From contig DASRDY010000285.1 in NCBI GenBank assembly GCA_035652355.1, forward strand, positions 24,300-88,299: a DNA stretch of 64,000 nt. Reading direction: 5' to 3'. The notes beneath the pieces are model-generated. The model was not told the origin of the DNA, ran no database searches, and worked only from the letters and a program-made list of their open reading frames with translations. The first letter of the stretch is position 1; the number at the start of each line of letters is the position of its first letter. The position numbers and the translations under genes were made by a program. This document shows positions 1 through 10,215 of the stretch, piece by piece. The DNA comes from Blastocatellia bacterium. Its GTDB lineage: Bacteria > Acidobacteriota > Blastocatellia > DASRDY01.

Positions 1-1
1 C

Positions 2-2071
2 GAACCAGTTGCGGTTATCAGTTATGACCTGTGGCGCAGCTACAACCTGGACCCATCGATTATCGGCAGGAAAATAATTCTCCGCAAAACGCCTCTGACC
101 ATAATCGGAGTTGCACCAGACGGTTTTTTTGGGCTTGACCGCGGAAGAAAACCCGGTGTTTGGTGCCCAATAAATCTTGTTCCGGTTTTTGAGCCAGACA
201 ATCGTTTTCTGAAAAATATCAATTCCTCGTGGCTGGTAGTCATGGGAAGGCTAAAGCCGGGCATGACACAGATGCAGACGCAGCAAGAGCTGGATGTAAT
301 CTTCAAACAACAGACCGAAGAACTCATTTCGTCAAATCGCAAAATGTCTGAAAGCGAACGGCAGGCATTTCGTGCGCGGAAAATTGAAGTGGAGCAAGGC
401 AGCACCGGCCAGTCGTGGGCCAGAGTACAGTTCGGCCGTCAGACTCTGATCCTGATGATAGCGGTCGGATTGGTGTTGTTGCTGGCCTGTGCCAACGTCG
501 CCAACCTCTTAATGGCGCGTGCTGCTGCGCGGCAAAAAGAAATTGCGGTACGCCTTGCCATCGGTGCAAGTCGCTGGCGATTGGTTCGGCAGCTACTAAC
601 TGAAGGAATGGTACTGGCGATAATCGGCGGAGCTTTCGGTCTGGTCTTTGCGCATTGGGGTACGCGCATACTTTTAACCTATCTGCCGGAAAGGCTGACA
701 TACGGATACGATCTTAACCCGGATGGCCGCATCCTGCTATTTACCCTGTCAGTTTCCTTGATAACGGGAATTCTATTCGGCCTTGCTCCTGCCATGCGGG
801 CGACAAGGCTTGATTTGGCGAGCAGATTTAAAGATCAATCCAGCGGCATTACCGGGCGTTCGCGGTTTGCCATCAATAAGACTCTGATCGTCATACAAGT
901 TGCGCTGTCGGTATTCCTGTTGGTGGGAGCCGGGCTGTTCGTTCGCACTCTTCAAAATCTGAAAGGCGTGGATCTGGGATTCGACCGGAATAACTTGATG
1001 CAATTCGATGTGCGGTTGGGCAACGATTATAAAGTGCAGCAGCGAGTCAATTTTTATAAAGAAGCTCTGTCAAAGCTGGAATCTGTTCCCGGAGTGCACT
1101 CGGCCAGTATCTCCACTTTCGGGCTACTGGATGGCAGTCGAATCTATAATAGGATATCTGTTCCCGGTTATGTTCCCCAAACAGACGATGATGTTACCTG
1201 TAATGTACTCTATGTCAGCCCGAGGTTTTTTGAAACGATGGGCATAACATTGTTGTCGGGCCGTGTTTTTCAACCGCAGGACGACTTTTCAGCACAGCCG
1301 AGTGAACGAGCACCGGTTTCCCCCCCGTTATTAACTGTGATTAATCAGAAAATGGCGAATCATTTCTTCCCCGGAGAGAACCCGATTGGAAAGAGATTCA
1401 GCAACGGGATTGATCCGCAGAAAAGTCGCCAATTTGAAGTCATCGGTATCGTCAAAGACACCAACTACGAAACTCTGCGTGAAGAAAAAACAAAGATATT
1501 CTTTCTGCCTTATTTCCAGAGGCCAGACGACAGCGATATGACATTCGAAATTCGTGCTTCCGGAAGTCTGTCGAGTTACGCCCCGGCCATTCAAGGCGTT
1601 ATAAAAGATATAGATCCTAAACTACAGGTATCGGGATTTCTAACGATGAACGATCTTATCGATCGATTAGTCCTGCAGGAAAGATTCATGGCGCAACTGG
1701 CGGGTTTCTTTAGTCTCTTTGCATTGATGTTGGCCTGTATCGGTTTGTACGGAATCATGTCCTACACCGTGACCCAGAAAACAAATGAAATAGGGATAAG
1801 GATGGCGCTGGGAGCGGGCGGCGCTGATGTTATTCGACAGGTAATGAAAGAGGTTTCATTGCTGGTCGCAATCGGCATCTCCATCGGGCTGGCAGGCGCT
1901 CTTTTAGGCACCAGATTAGTCGGAAGTATGCTGTTTGGACTGACGCCGACCGATCCGGCAACGATTACATTCGCGGTTTTGTTACTTGCGATAGTTGCAG
2001 CGTTAGCCGGATTTATACCGGCGCGCAGGGCCTCGCGAATCGATCCGATGATAGCTCTCAGATATGAGTAG
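2..2071 (+). CDS. FtsX/MacB-like ABC-type permease (ADOP-like), 5' end lies outside the window
   Basis: The reading frame stays open from position 2 into the 242..2071 ORF. The translation of bases 2-241 (…VISYDLWRSYNLDPSIIGRKIILRKTPLTIIGVAPDGFFGLDRG…) reads like a MacB periplasmic core domain. The C-terminus has 4 TM helices and the FtsX signature tail …RASRIDPMIALRYE. No ABC ATPase gene is adjacent. Confidence 0.8.
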   Translation, partial: EPVAVISYDLWRSYNLDPSIIGRKIILRKTPLTIIGVAPDGFFGLDRGRKPGVWCPINLVPVFEPDNRFLKNINSSWLVVMGRLKPGMTQMQTQQELDVIFKQQTEELISSNRKMSESERQAFRARKIEVEQGSTGQSWARVQFGRQTLILMIAVGLVLLLACANVANLLMARAAARQKEIAVRLAIGASRWRLVRQLLTEGMVLAIIGGAFGLVFAHWGTRILLTYLPERLTYGYDLNPDGRILLFTLSVSLITGILFGLAPAMRATRLDLASRFKDQSSGITGRSRFAINKTLIVIQVALSVFLLVGAGLFVRTLQNLKGVDLGFDRNNLMQFDVRLGNDYKVQQRVNFYKEALSKLESVPGVHSASISTFGLLDGSRIYNRISVPGYVPQTDDDVTCNVLYVSPRFFETMGITLLSGRVFQPQDDFSAQPSERAPVSPPLLTVINQKMANHFFPGENPIGKRFSNGIDPQKSRQFEVIGIVKDTNYETLREEKTKIFFLPYFQRPDDSDMTFEIRASGSLSSYAPAIQGVIKDIDPKLQVSGFLTMNDLIDRLVLQERFMAQLAGFFSLFALMLACIGLYGIMSYTVTQKTNEIGIRMALGAGGADVIRQVMKEVSLLVAIGISIGLAGALLGTRLVGSMLFGLTPTDPATITFAVLLLAIVAALAGFIPARRASRIDPMIALRYE

Positions 2072-2160
2072 TCGACCTGTCAAGCCACGCTTGTCACCCG
2101 AAGATTGGCGTGATATAGGTTCATTGTTATGGCAATGAACTTATCAGGATTGATTTGTTG

Positions 2161-3435
2161 ATGGCTTCGAATCGGTCGCCGCTGTTCATAATTTTTATAA
2201 CTGTTTTTATTGACTTGATTGGATTTGGAATTGTAATTCCGATCCTGCCGATTTATGCAGAGAAATTCGGCGCAACCCCGCTGACAGTTGGACTGTTGCT
2301 GGCCTCGTTTTCTGTTTGCCAGTTTTTAGCCACTCCGATACTTGGTCGACTTTCGGATCGGTACGGCCGACGGCCGATATTATTTTTCAGCCTGGCCGGT
2401 ACTTCGCTTGCATTTCTGACGATGGGATTCGCCAACGCTTTATGGCTGCTTTTCGTCGCCAGAATCGTGGATGGAATTACAGGCGGCAACATATCTACAG
2501 CGCAGGCGTATATTGCCGATGTCACGACTCCGGAAAATCGCGCAAAAGGATTGGGGATGATAGGAGCCGCATTCGGTCTTGGGTTCATAATCGGTCCGGC
2601 AATCGGCGGCGTGCTGAGTAAATTCGGTCTTCCTGTTCCTTTTCTGTTTGCATCAGCCCTGGCGGCGGCAAATGCGATTCTGCTTTATTTTCGTTTACCG
2701 GAAACAGTCAAACGTGACGGTTCGCCTGCGAAGGCTTCGGCGCGCAGAGGATGGGGGATTGTCGGGATTTCGTTACCAGACACCGGTCTTAAGCTGATCC
2801 TGATCGTTTACTTCGTCGGCACGGTAGCTTTCGCAACGCTGACTGCAACCCTGGCACTTTACACCAGTCACGCAAGGCAATTTCATTACGATGCTACGCA
2901 TAATGGCTACATCTTCACATTCGTGGGAATAATCGGCGCGATCGTTCAAGGAGGTCTGCTGGGACGATTGGTCAAACAATTTGGCGAATCACTGCTGGTA
3001 GTTGTGGGTTTGGTTTCATTAGGCGCAGGTCTCGCGTTTCTCCCTTACTTAACAACTTTGATTGGGCTGTTGGTCGCGCTGGCTCTGATAGCGATTGGCA
3101 ACGGTCTGGTTACGCCGAGCCTGACTGCGCTGGCTTCGAAACGCACTTCGGAAAAGAAACAGGGTGAAATTCTGGGAATAACTCAATCTTTGAACAGCCT
3201 TGCTCGAGTTATTGGGCCGATTGTTGGCAATTTTCTTTTAGGTTTCGGAATAACCGAAGCTGCCGGTTCGGTGAGCGAATCAACCAGCGTCCCTGGTCAG
3301 GCTATGGCATCGCCCTTTGTTATGAGCGCTATTGTGACAGCATTGGCGTTTGCGCTGGCAATCTTTTATTATCTGAAATGGGGAAACAAGAAATTAGTCG
3401 GTTTTGAACGGTCACAACAGCAATCGGAGACATAG
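2161..3435 (+). CDS. MFS transporter (drug:H+ antiporter, TetA-like)
   Basis: About 12 predicted TM segments. Canonical MFS motif A GRLSDRYGRRPIL. First ATG at 2161; the track ORF opens at an upstream TTG. Confidence 0.8.
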   Translation: MASNRSPLFIIFITVFIDLIGFGIVIPILPIYAEKFGATPLTVGLLLASFSVCQFLATPILGRLSDRYGRRPILFFSLAGTSLAFLTMGFANALWLLFVARIVDGITGGNISTAQAYIADVTTPENRAKGLGMIGAAFGLGFIIGPAIGGVLSKFGLPVPFLFASALAAANAILLYFRLPETVKRDGSPAKASARRGWGIVGISLPDTGLKLILIVYFVGTVAFATLTATLALYTSHARQFHYDATHNGYIFTFVGIIGAIVQGGLLGRLVKQFGESLLVVVGLVSLGAGLAFLPYLTTLIGLLVALALIAIGNGLVTPSLTALASKRTSEKKQGEILGITQSLNSLARVIGPIVGNFLLGFGITEAAGSVSESTSVPGQAMASPFVMSAIVTALAFALAIFYYLKWGNKKLVGFERSQQQSET

Positions 3436-3437
3436 AA

Positions 3438-3644
3438 ATGAAACGTCAATTTAAAGCCACACTGACAGAAGAGAGCGGTATATTCGTGGCGCAGTGTCTC
3501 GATGTAGATGTCGCCAGTCAGGGTTCGACTGAGGCTGAGGCGCTTGCCAATTTAAAAGAAGCCTTAGAACTGCATTTTGAACCTCCTTACGCTACTGAAT
3601 ATCCAGCCGTAAAAAGTATAGAGGTTGACCTGTATGCCGCTTAA
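3438..3644 (+). CDS. hicB: HicB-like antitoxin (short UPF0150-type)
   Basis: The 68-aa product …GIFVAQCLDVDVASQGSTEAEALANLKEALELHFE matches the HicB/UPF0150 N-terminal fold consensus. Its stop overlaps the start of the hicA remnant. Confidence 0.6.
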   Translation: MKRQFKATLTEESGIFVAQCLDVDVASQGSTEAEALANLKEALELHFEPPYATEYPAVKSIEVDLYAA

Positions 3645-3857
3645 TCCTCTACCCTATCGAGAGGTGAAGCGTAGCCTTGAAGTTGCGGGTTTTTCTTAAG
3701 GTTAGCCAGAAGGGTAGCCATGTGAAGTTCGCGAAAAAAACGGACACAGGAACTCGAACCGCTATTGTTCGAGCCTATGCAGAAATAGCATCAGGAACGA
3801 TCCGAAGCATTATTCGCCCAGGCTGGCATTACTCGGGATGAATGGGAAACCTTATAA
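3641..3857 (+). pseudogene. hicA: hicA toxin gene broken by two single-base frameshifts
   Basis: Three frames together reconstruct a HicA-like protein: MPLNPLPYREVKRSLEVAGFS | VSQKGSHVKFAKKTDTGTRTAIV…GTIRSII | RQAGITRDEWETL. The conserved GF…RQKGSH and GTLRSILKQAG motifs are there. Both frame breaks sit in homopolymer runs (T5 near 3697, CCC near 3817). No intact plus-strand ORF of 60 aa or more covers this region. Confidence 0.55.
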
Positions 3858-4261
3858 CCACCTGCATATCTCTCCAAAATATTTGCCGGGTTATGTAACG
3901 TTGTCGAGCCGATTTCACATAATTTTCCATAACTGCTTCGTTTCTTTGGCCTCAGCGTAATTGCACCTTGGCTCCAACATTTTACCACGCCTATAATGCC
4001 CCCAGCCTTGGATAGTCTCATCCGACTCCAAGCGCAGTACCAATAGAGTCGAGAGATTCTAATTCACGATTTCTGCCCTTATCAGCGCCGAAAATGTCGG
4101 CGCGCGCGAGCCCAATCACCCGTGGTTTGCGCGAAACAGATTTGTAAAGCGAGAGATAACTTCTACAGCTTTTTGCCCAGGCGTTCCGACGCATCTGCCC
4201 TTAACACAAGGCGAAAAGTTTGGACACAACTGGGCAACCCCACTCTAAAAGAGGGAGATAT

Positions 4262-7200
4262 ATGAGAACTGCAAGGGTACTATTCAAGCCTATAATCTGG
4301 CTGTTATTGGTTGGCGTTGCTGCATTGGCAATGACATTCGGCGCTGATTTGCTGTCTGGCTCAGCAAAGGCCGCCGGTTTCGCTAATAGCGCGTCGTTTA
4401 CTCTGTTCAGTCCGCCGCCACCATTCGTTCGATGCGTGACGACGGGTGCAATCGACCCAAGCTGTAATGATACTCACACTACAATCCAGGGCGCGATCAA
4501 TGCTGCCTTGCCTGGCGATACCATTTTGATTGCGCCGGGCACGTATATTGAGCAAATCACCGTCAACAAGAACCTGACCATTACCACCACCGGACCAGGA
4601 GTTGTTATTCAGTCGCCATCCACTCCGCTGGTTCCCGATGCCGTTGGACAACTTAATATTGTCACGATAACGGGTGGCGTAAATGTCAGTATCAGCAACC
4701 TGGTAGTACTCGGTCCTGGTCCTGGTCCATGCGCAAGCATAAACTCGGGCATATTTGTCAGCGGCAACTCGGTTGCTTCGATCACCGGGCTAATTATTCC
4801 CGAGATTCACGATAACCCATTTGGCGGCTGCCAGAACGGCGTCGGCATCCAGGTCGGAAAACAGTCCGTTGCGCAACTCGGTCACGCCGTCATCACAAAC
4901 ACCGCCGTGAGCAATTACCAGAAGGCGGGCATTGTCGTTGACGGAACAGGATCCGACGCGACCATAACGGGCGATACAATCGACGGCCACGGTAATACGA
5001 CCTTGATCGCTCAAAACGGCATTCAGATCAGCCGCGGAGCGACAGCGATCGTCGATAACAACCTTGTTCAGGGAAATGAATTCGACGGCCCCGGCAGTGG
5101 CAGTGACATTCTAAACGATGTACAGTCGGTCGGTATCCTTCTGTTTAATGCCGGCGATGGAACTGTTATCGAAAACAACAACGTCACCGCTAATGACATC
5201 GGCATTTATGACCTTAACTTAGGCGCAGTGAACATCAACAATAACCACCTGACGATCAACCGGTATGGCGGAATCGTACAGGATCAGGGAACTGGTAACC
5301 TGAATCACAATACTGTCAGCGGTGGACTTCATTCTGTGTTCGTGGCTTCGTTTAGCGGGGCTACCGGCGATTCAATAGCGATCCTGAATGGCAACACACT
5401 CAGTCCGGGTCCTGGCGGAACGGCCCTCGACACTGGTGATGCCGACACAGGAGATGCGTTTGTTCCGTTCTTCCAGAACGTTTTCTGTGCGGCTCCTCCT
5501 GCGGGCCTCGTTAGCTGGTATCCTGGCGATGGAAATGCGACTGACGTTGCCGGTGGACACGATGGCACTTTGGTGGGTGGAGCGACCTTCTCCCCCGCAG
5601 GCGAAGTCGGGCAAGCATTCAACTTTAACGGCATCAACGCGGGCGTCAGCGTTCCCGATACGGCCAGTCTGAATTTTGGAGCAAATTCCGACTTCTCGAT
5701 TGACGCCTGGATCCACATTCCCACGAGCGCCAATCCGACTAAAACGGTTGTCGATATCGTCGATAAGCGCTCATTCAGTCCCAACCCGATGGGCTACTCC
5801 ATGTTCCTGCTGAATGGACAACTGGGTGTTCAGCTTGCGGATGGCGCTACTGTCCACAATTACGTCGGTCCGAGCACCGGTGAGTTGCGCGATGGGCAGT
5901 TCCACTTTGTTGCTGCAACAGTAACCAGGGCTTCCGCCGGAACTTTTGCGGTCAATCTCTACGTTGACGGTGTTTTGAAAGATACGATAACCAGCAATGC
6001 GATCCTCGGTGACCTGACAAATACCGGAGCTCTGCAGATTGCATTCAATCCCGATCCCGGTGTTCCCGCTGCAACGAAATTTGCTCCGGGACTGTTCGAT
6101 GAGATCGAGATTTTCAACCGCGCTCTGAGTTCGGCCGACGTTGCGTCGCTTTTTAATCCGTTGATTGCGGGCAAATGCAAGGTGACCGATGTCGGGCTCA
6201 CCAAAACGCACACAGGTACATTCACGGTCGGACTGACCGGGACATACAACCTGACGGTTACCAATGTCGGAACCCTCAGAGCAACTTCACCTATCACGGT
6301 TTCGGACACACTGCCCGCCGGTATGAGCTTCTTAGCCGTCGGTGCAGGATCTGATCCGGGTTGGCTCTGCTCTGGCTCGACAACCGTTAATTGTACAAAC
6401 AATACACAGTTGCCAGTAAGTGCTTCATTCCCGCTCAACCTTGACGTCACTGTGACGCAGGGCGGTGCAAGAACGAACAATGCCGTTGTTTCAATGTTCG
6501 GCGACAGCAATTCGGGCAATGACAACGCCAGTGACACACTGACGGTGGCAAAGGCAAATACAAACACAGCTCTCGCGTCATCGGTAAATCCGTCTGTCTT
6601 CGGTCAGCCGGTAACATTTACGGCAACCGTGACAGCGACAGGAATTACTCCTGTCGGCAACGTCGAATTCTTTGACGGCTTAACCTCGCTGGGCGTGTTC
6701 CCGACCTCCGGTGGAATTGCATCAGTTACGGTGTCAAACCTGAATGTAGGTTCGCACTCTGTCACTGCGCAATTCACTGATGGCGGCGATTTCAATAACA
6801 GCACCGCCAGCGCGTTAAATCAGGTCGTTAATCCTGCAAATACGAATACTTCACTGGTTTCGTCGGTTAACCCGTCTGTCTTCCAGCAGACAGTGACTTT
6901 CACCGCAACTGTCACAGTAGTACCTCCGGGTGGCGGAACGTTGTCAAACACCGTGACCTTCAGGGACGGCACGACTGTGATTGACGTAGTACCTATTGGT
7001 CCTGGTGGCGTTGCGACGACCACACGGAACTCACTGTCGGTCGGCAGCCATCCGATAACGGCTTCCTATAATGGAGATGGCGCTCATAACGGAAGCCTGT
7101 CCAATACCGTAGTTCAGATAGTGAACAAGGCTAATACCACATTGACGCTGACCTCGTCGGCCAATCCTGGGAATCCGGGCGGCATCGTGATGTTCACAGC

Positions 7201-8557
7201 AACGATCGGTGTTGTTCCTCCGGGATCGGGATCACCGATACCGCCGACAGGAACGGTAACATTCAAGGAAGGCGCAACAACGCTTGGTATCCGACCGGTC
7301 GGAGGACCAGGAGTAGCAACGTTCTCAACCTCGTTGCTGGGCGCCGGTCAGCACTCGATCACCGCGTTCTACAGTGGCGATGGTAACTTTAACCCGAGCA
7401 CGTCAAACACGCTGGTGCAGACTATGGGTCGTGCAGATATGTTCGTCAACCAGAGTACGGGACAGGATCCTGTGATGGTTGGTGACACGCTGCATTTCGA
7501 CATCGGCGTCGGCAGCGGCGGACCAAACGACGCATTCAACGTGGTTCTGCACCTCAACACACCTTCTGGCACATTCTTCGCGGGCGTCACACCTGACGTC
7601 GGATCGTGCACAGCGCCGCAAGTAGGTTTGACTGGAGCAATCACTTGCAGCCTGGGCAATTTCTCGCCGGGTGAAAACCATCACGTACATCTCGATCTGT
7701 TCGTCGATACAACATATTCGACGATCACCAACGTCGCCCACGTGACGACGGATTCGCTTGATCCTGACCTGACCAACAACACCATCTCTCGCACGGTGAA
7801 AGTCACGCTGATAAGCGCGCTGAGCATGACGAGTGTGCCAGTGAGCAGCAAGGCGACAACCGTGACGGTGATCGGCACGAACTTCCAGGGTGGCTCGACG
7901 GTTGAAGTGAATGGCGTCAGCCGACCTGCGACGATGGTTAGCAGCGGCAGACTGAGCGTTACGTTGACAGCATCGGATCTGTCGAAGACGGGCACACTGA
8001 CCCTGAGAGTAGTTGATCCCAGCGGCAGGAAGTCGAACGCCAAGACGTTGAACGTGGTATCGTCGAGCAACCGACGAACCCACGGAGAGCAGACTGGCGA
8101 AGAGACCGGCAACGCAGGTGGCAGCGGAACAGCTTCTCCTGCGACGCAGTCTACACAGCCGACGACCTCAGGTCAGGGCAAGACTGTAAGCCCGGCATCC
8201 AATAGCGGATCACCTGTTATTATCATGCCGACCACTGGCGTCACCGATAAGGACACTAAGGGTGAGAACGAAGCGCAGGCTTCAATTGACACTCTCAGCG
8301 TTACTGATGTTCAAGTCGGCAGCAAGCCGGTGACGGTCAAGATCACGGGCGCGAACTTCGATTCCGGATTACTGATACAGGTAAACGGAGAGAGCAGAGT
8401 CGCCAAGCTCATCGACGCCAACACGATGAGCATCACGCTCACCAGCGAAGATCTGTCAAAGACGGGGACATTGACAGTGAACGTAATCGACCAGCAGGGT
8501 CATGTCTCGAATGCCAAGGTCATCGATGTGACCGCGAGCAAGAAGGGCAAGAAGTAG
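4262..8557 (+). CDS. Large secreted surface protein: signal peptide, right-handed beta-helix (NosD/pectate-lyase-like), LamG-like domain, DUF11 repeat, Ig-like repeats, two C-terminal IPT/TIG domains
   Basis: AGAGGGAG Shine-Dalgarno site then ATG at 4262, followed by a hydrophobic signal (LLLVGVAALAMTFGA). N/G/T-rich beta-helix repeats. FDEIEIFNRALSSADVASLFN is typical of a LamG/ConA-like fold. LTKTHTGTFTVG…LTVTNVGT is a DUF11-type repeat. NTNTALASSVNPSVFGQPVTFTATVT recurs three times. Two TIG-like modules (…VTVKITGANF…TLTVNVID) close the protein. Confidence 0.8.
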   Translation: MRTARVLFKPIIWLLLVGVAALAMTFGADLLSGSAKAAGFANSASFTLFSPPPPFVRCVTTGAIDPSCNDTHTTIQGAINAALPGDTILIAPGTYIEQITVNKNLTITTTGPGVVIQSPSTPLVPDAVGQLNIVTITGGVNVSISNLVVLGPGPGPCASINSGIFVSGNSVASITGLIIPEIHDNPFGGCQNGVGIQVGKQSVAQLGHAVITNTAVSNYQKAGIVVDGTGSDATITGDTIDGHGNTTLIAQNGIQISRGATAIVDNNLVQGNEFDGPGSGSDILNDVQSVGILLFNAGDGTVIENNNVTANDIGIYDLNLGAVNINNNHLTINRYGGIVQDQGTGNLNHNTVSGGLHSVFVASFSGATGDSIAILNGNTLSPGPGGTALDTGDADTGDAFVPFFQNVFCAAPPAGLVSWYPGDGNATDVAGGHDGTLVGGATFSPAGEVGQAFNFNGINAGVSVPDTASLNFGANSDFSIDAWIHIPTSANPTKTVVDIVDKRSFSPNPMGYSMFLLNGQLGVQLADGATVHNYVGPSTGELRDGQFHFVAATVTRASAGTFAVNLYVDGVLKDTITSNAILGDLTNTGALQIAFNPDPGVPAATKFAPGLFDEIEIFNRALSSADVASLFNPLIAGKCKVTDVGLTKTHTGTFTVGLTGTYNLTVTNVGTLRATSPITVSDTLPAGMSFLAVGAGSDPGWLCSGSTTVNCTNNTQLPVSASFPLNLDVTVTQGGARTNNAVVSMFGDSNSGNDNASDTLTVAKANTNTALASSVNPSVFGQPVTFTATVTATGITPVGNVEFFDGLTSLGVFPTSGGIASVTVSNLNVGSHSVTAQFTDGGDFNNSTASALNQVVNPANTNTSLVSSVNPSVFQQTVTFTATVTVVPPGGGTLSNTVTFRDGTTVIDVVPIGPGGVATTTRNSLSVGSHPITASYNGDGAHNGSLSNTVVQIVNKANTTLTLTSSANPGNPGGIVMFTATIGVVPPGSGSPIPPTGTVTFKEGATTLGIRPVGGPGVATFSTSLLGAGQHSITAFYSGDGNFNPSTSNTLVQTMGRADMFVNQSTGQDPVMVGDTLHFDIGVGSGGPNDAFNVVLHLNTPSGTFFAGVTPDVGSCTAPQVGLTGAITCSLGNFSPGENHHVHLDLFVDTTYSTITNVAHVTTDSLDPDLTNNTISRTVKVTLISALSMTSVPVSSKATTVTVIGTNFQGGSTVEVNGVSRPATMVSSGRLSVTLTASDLSKTGTLTLRVVDPSGRKSNAKTLNVVSSSNRRTHGEQTGEETGNAGGSGTASPATQSTQPTTSGQGKTVSPASNSGSPVIIMPTTGVTDKDTKGENEAQASIDTLSVTDVQVGSKPVTVKITGANFDSGLLIQVNGESRVAKLIDANTMSITLTSEDLSKTGTLTVNVIDQQGHVSNAKVIDVTASKKGKK

Positions 8558-8583
8558 TCGATTACACTGATCTAAACCCAGGA

Positions 8584-8615
8584 AAAAGCCCGGCCAGACT
8601 GGTCGGGCTTTTTCC
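8584..8615. terminator. Likely bidirectional rho-independent terminator between convergent genes
   Basis: AAAAAGCCCGGCCAGACTGGTCGGGCTTTTT forms a GC-rich hairpin flanked by an A-run and a T-run. It sits between the 8557 stop (+) and the mnmA stop at 8737 (-). Confidence 0.5.
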
Positions 8616-8736
8616 ATGTGTGCGTCTGGGATACGCAAACCAACATCCGACTTTCAACTGGTTTTGTTTTTAGTTGAGGAAGGAAATGAATCAACCCAGG
8701 GGTATGTACCTATCCATCATGGATCAGCACTTTAGG

Positions 8737-9882
8737 TTAATTGTGGTTCTTTTCCGCTTCTGTAATCCAGCCGCCGCCGACGACCAGATCGCCATCATAA
8801 AACACAGTAGCTTGCCCCGGTGTGATTGCTCTCTGGGGTTCGTCGAAGACAACTCGGACATTTCCATCGTCGAGCGGACAGATTATCGCGTCGGCTTCGG
8901 CATTGCGATAGCGTATCTTTGCCTTTGCGCGAATTGGCTCGGTTAATCTCGAAATCGAAATCCAATTCACGTTGTTCGCGATCAAGCTGCGAGACATCAA
9001 TTGATCGTTAGTACCAACCACCAGCTTGTTGTTCGAAGTATCCAGCGAAACCACATACAACGGCAACGGATACGAAACCCCAATACCTTTACGCTGTCCA
9101 ATCGTAAATTTATGAATACCTGAATGCCGGCCCAGTTCTTTACCCTCTGCGGTGACTATGTCACCTGGTACTGGTTGCCAGTTTGCTACTTGCTGGTGAA
9201 ACTCTGGCGTGTGATGTTCCTCGTCGCGAACGTAATTCTCAACAAATCGAACGTAATCACCATCCGGTATGAAGCTGATGTCCTGACTCTCTTGTTTTTC
9301 AGAGACGGTAAGATCGTATTTTCGAGCCAGCTCGCGAACCTCAGACTTGATCATTCCGCCCAGCGGAAAGATCACTTTTGCCAGTTGGTTCTGCTTCAGG
9401 TCGAACAGGAAATAAGATTGATCCTTGTTCGGATCAACACCCTTTCGCAGTAAATAGCGTCCGCGTTCCGAATCAAATTCAACACGAGCGTAATGACCTG
9501 TGGCGACCTTTTCGACGCCGATGCCTTCTGCCATTTCGACCAGTTTGGCGAATTTCAACCGGCTGTTGCAGGCTACACAAGGAATTGGAGTGCGACCGCT
9601 CAAGTACTCGGCGACGAATGGCTGGACTACTTCTGTTTCGAACTGTTTTTCTAGATTGACTACATAGAAAGGGAAACCTAATTGTGAGGCGACCGCTCGC
9701 GCGTCATAGATGTCATCGAGTGAACAACAGCGAGATTGCAGCGGCTCGCCGTTTACATCCAGGGCTCGACTGTGATCCCACAGTTGCATCGAAAGCCCGA
9801 CAATCTCATGTCCTTGTTCAAGCAACAGAGCCGCAACCGTCGAACTGTCTACTCCGCCACTCATGGCGACCGCTATCTTCAT
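8737..9882 (-). CDS. mnmA: tRNA 2-thiouridine(34) synthase
   Basis: N-terminal PP-loop [20 protein letters not shown]. Collinear MnmA-like sequence including the catalytic Cys region. Confidence 0.9.
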   Translation of the reverse strand: MKIAVAMSGGVDSSTVAALLLEQGHEIVGLSMQLWDHSRALDVNGEPLQSRCCSLDDIYDARAVASQLGFPFYVVNLEKQFETEVVQPFVAEYLSGRTPIPCVACNSRLKFAKLVEMAEGIGVEKVATGHYARVEFDSERGRYLLRKGVDPNKDQSYFLFDLKQNQLAKVIFPLGGMIKSEVRELARKYDLTVSEKQESQDISFIPDGDYVRFVENYVRDEEHHTPEFHQQVANWQPVPGDIVTAEGKELGRHSGIHKFTIGQRKGIGVSYPLPLYVVSLDTSNNKLVVGTNDQLMSRSLIANNVNWISISRLTEPIRAKAKIRYRNAEADAIICPLDDGNVRVVFDEPQRAITPGQATVFYDGDLVVGGGWITEAEKNHN

Positions 9883-9931
9883 CCTTAAATCCCCCAGGGC
9901 TGATTATAGATAGCGGCGCGATTGTAAGAAT

Positions 9932-10039
9932 GCAGGGGCAGGGCTCGTCCCTGCCCGGATTGCCGCAGGCAATTAAACGTTGTGTTACTCACCGATTTCA
10001 TCGTGCTTCGCACGATTCGGGCAGGGACCCTGCCCCTAC
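9932..10039. other. Highly structured palindromic intergenic element (candidate small RNA, cis-regulatory RNA or REP-like repeat)
   Basis: Two copies of a GGGCAGGG…CCCTGCCC palindrome (9932-9958 and 10018-10039) can also pair with each other. Between them lie perfect small hairpins ATTGCC-GCA-GGCAAT and CGTGC-TTC-GCACG. The element sits between divergent mnmA and the MoxR gene. Confidence 0.3.
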
Positions 10040-10215
10040 AACGTTACCAACGATCGTAATTTCGCATCGATTTGGTGACACCATCTATAATCAGTCATGC
10101 ACTGGTAGCGTCAAACCAGCAATGGTAATATAAAAGTTTCGGTCGGGCAAACTTCGCCTATTTTAAGTTGATGAGCATTGCTCCAAAGTGACAACGATGC
10201 CAAAAACAGGAGATT

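Noticed and set aside
5329-6567. Minus-strand ORFs of 146-202 aa inside the first large surface-protein gene
   Set aside because: Antisense shadows of a Gly/Thr/Asn-rich beta-helix coding region.
9684-10133. 149-aa plus-strand ORF spanning the mnmA/MoxR intergenic region
   Set aside because: It overlaps the mnmA 5' end and the palindromic element and has an Arg/Pro/Ser-rich composition typical of a spurious GC-rich frame. The structure is better explained as a non-coding element.
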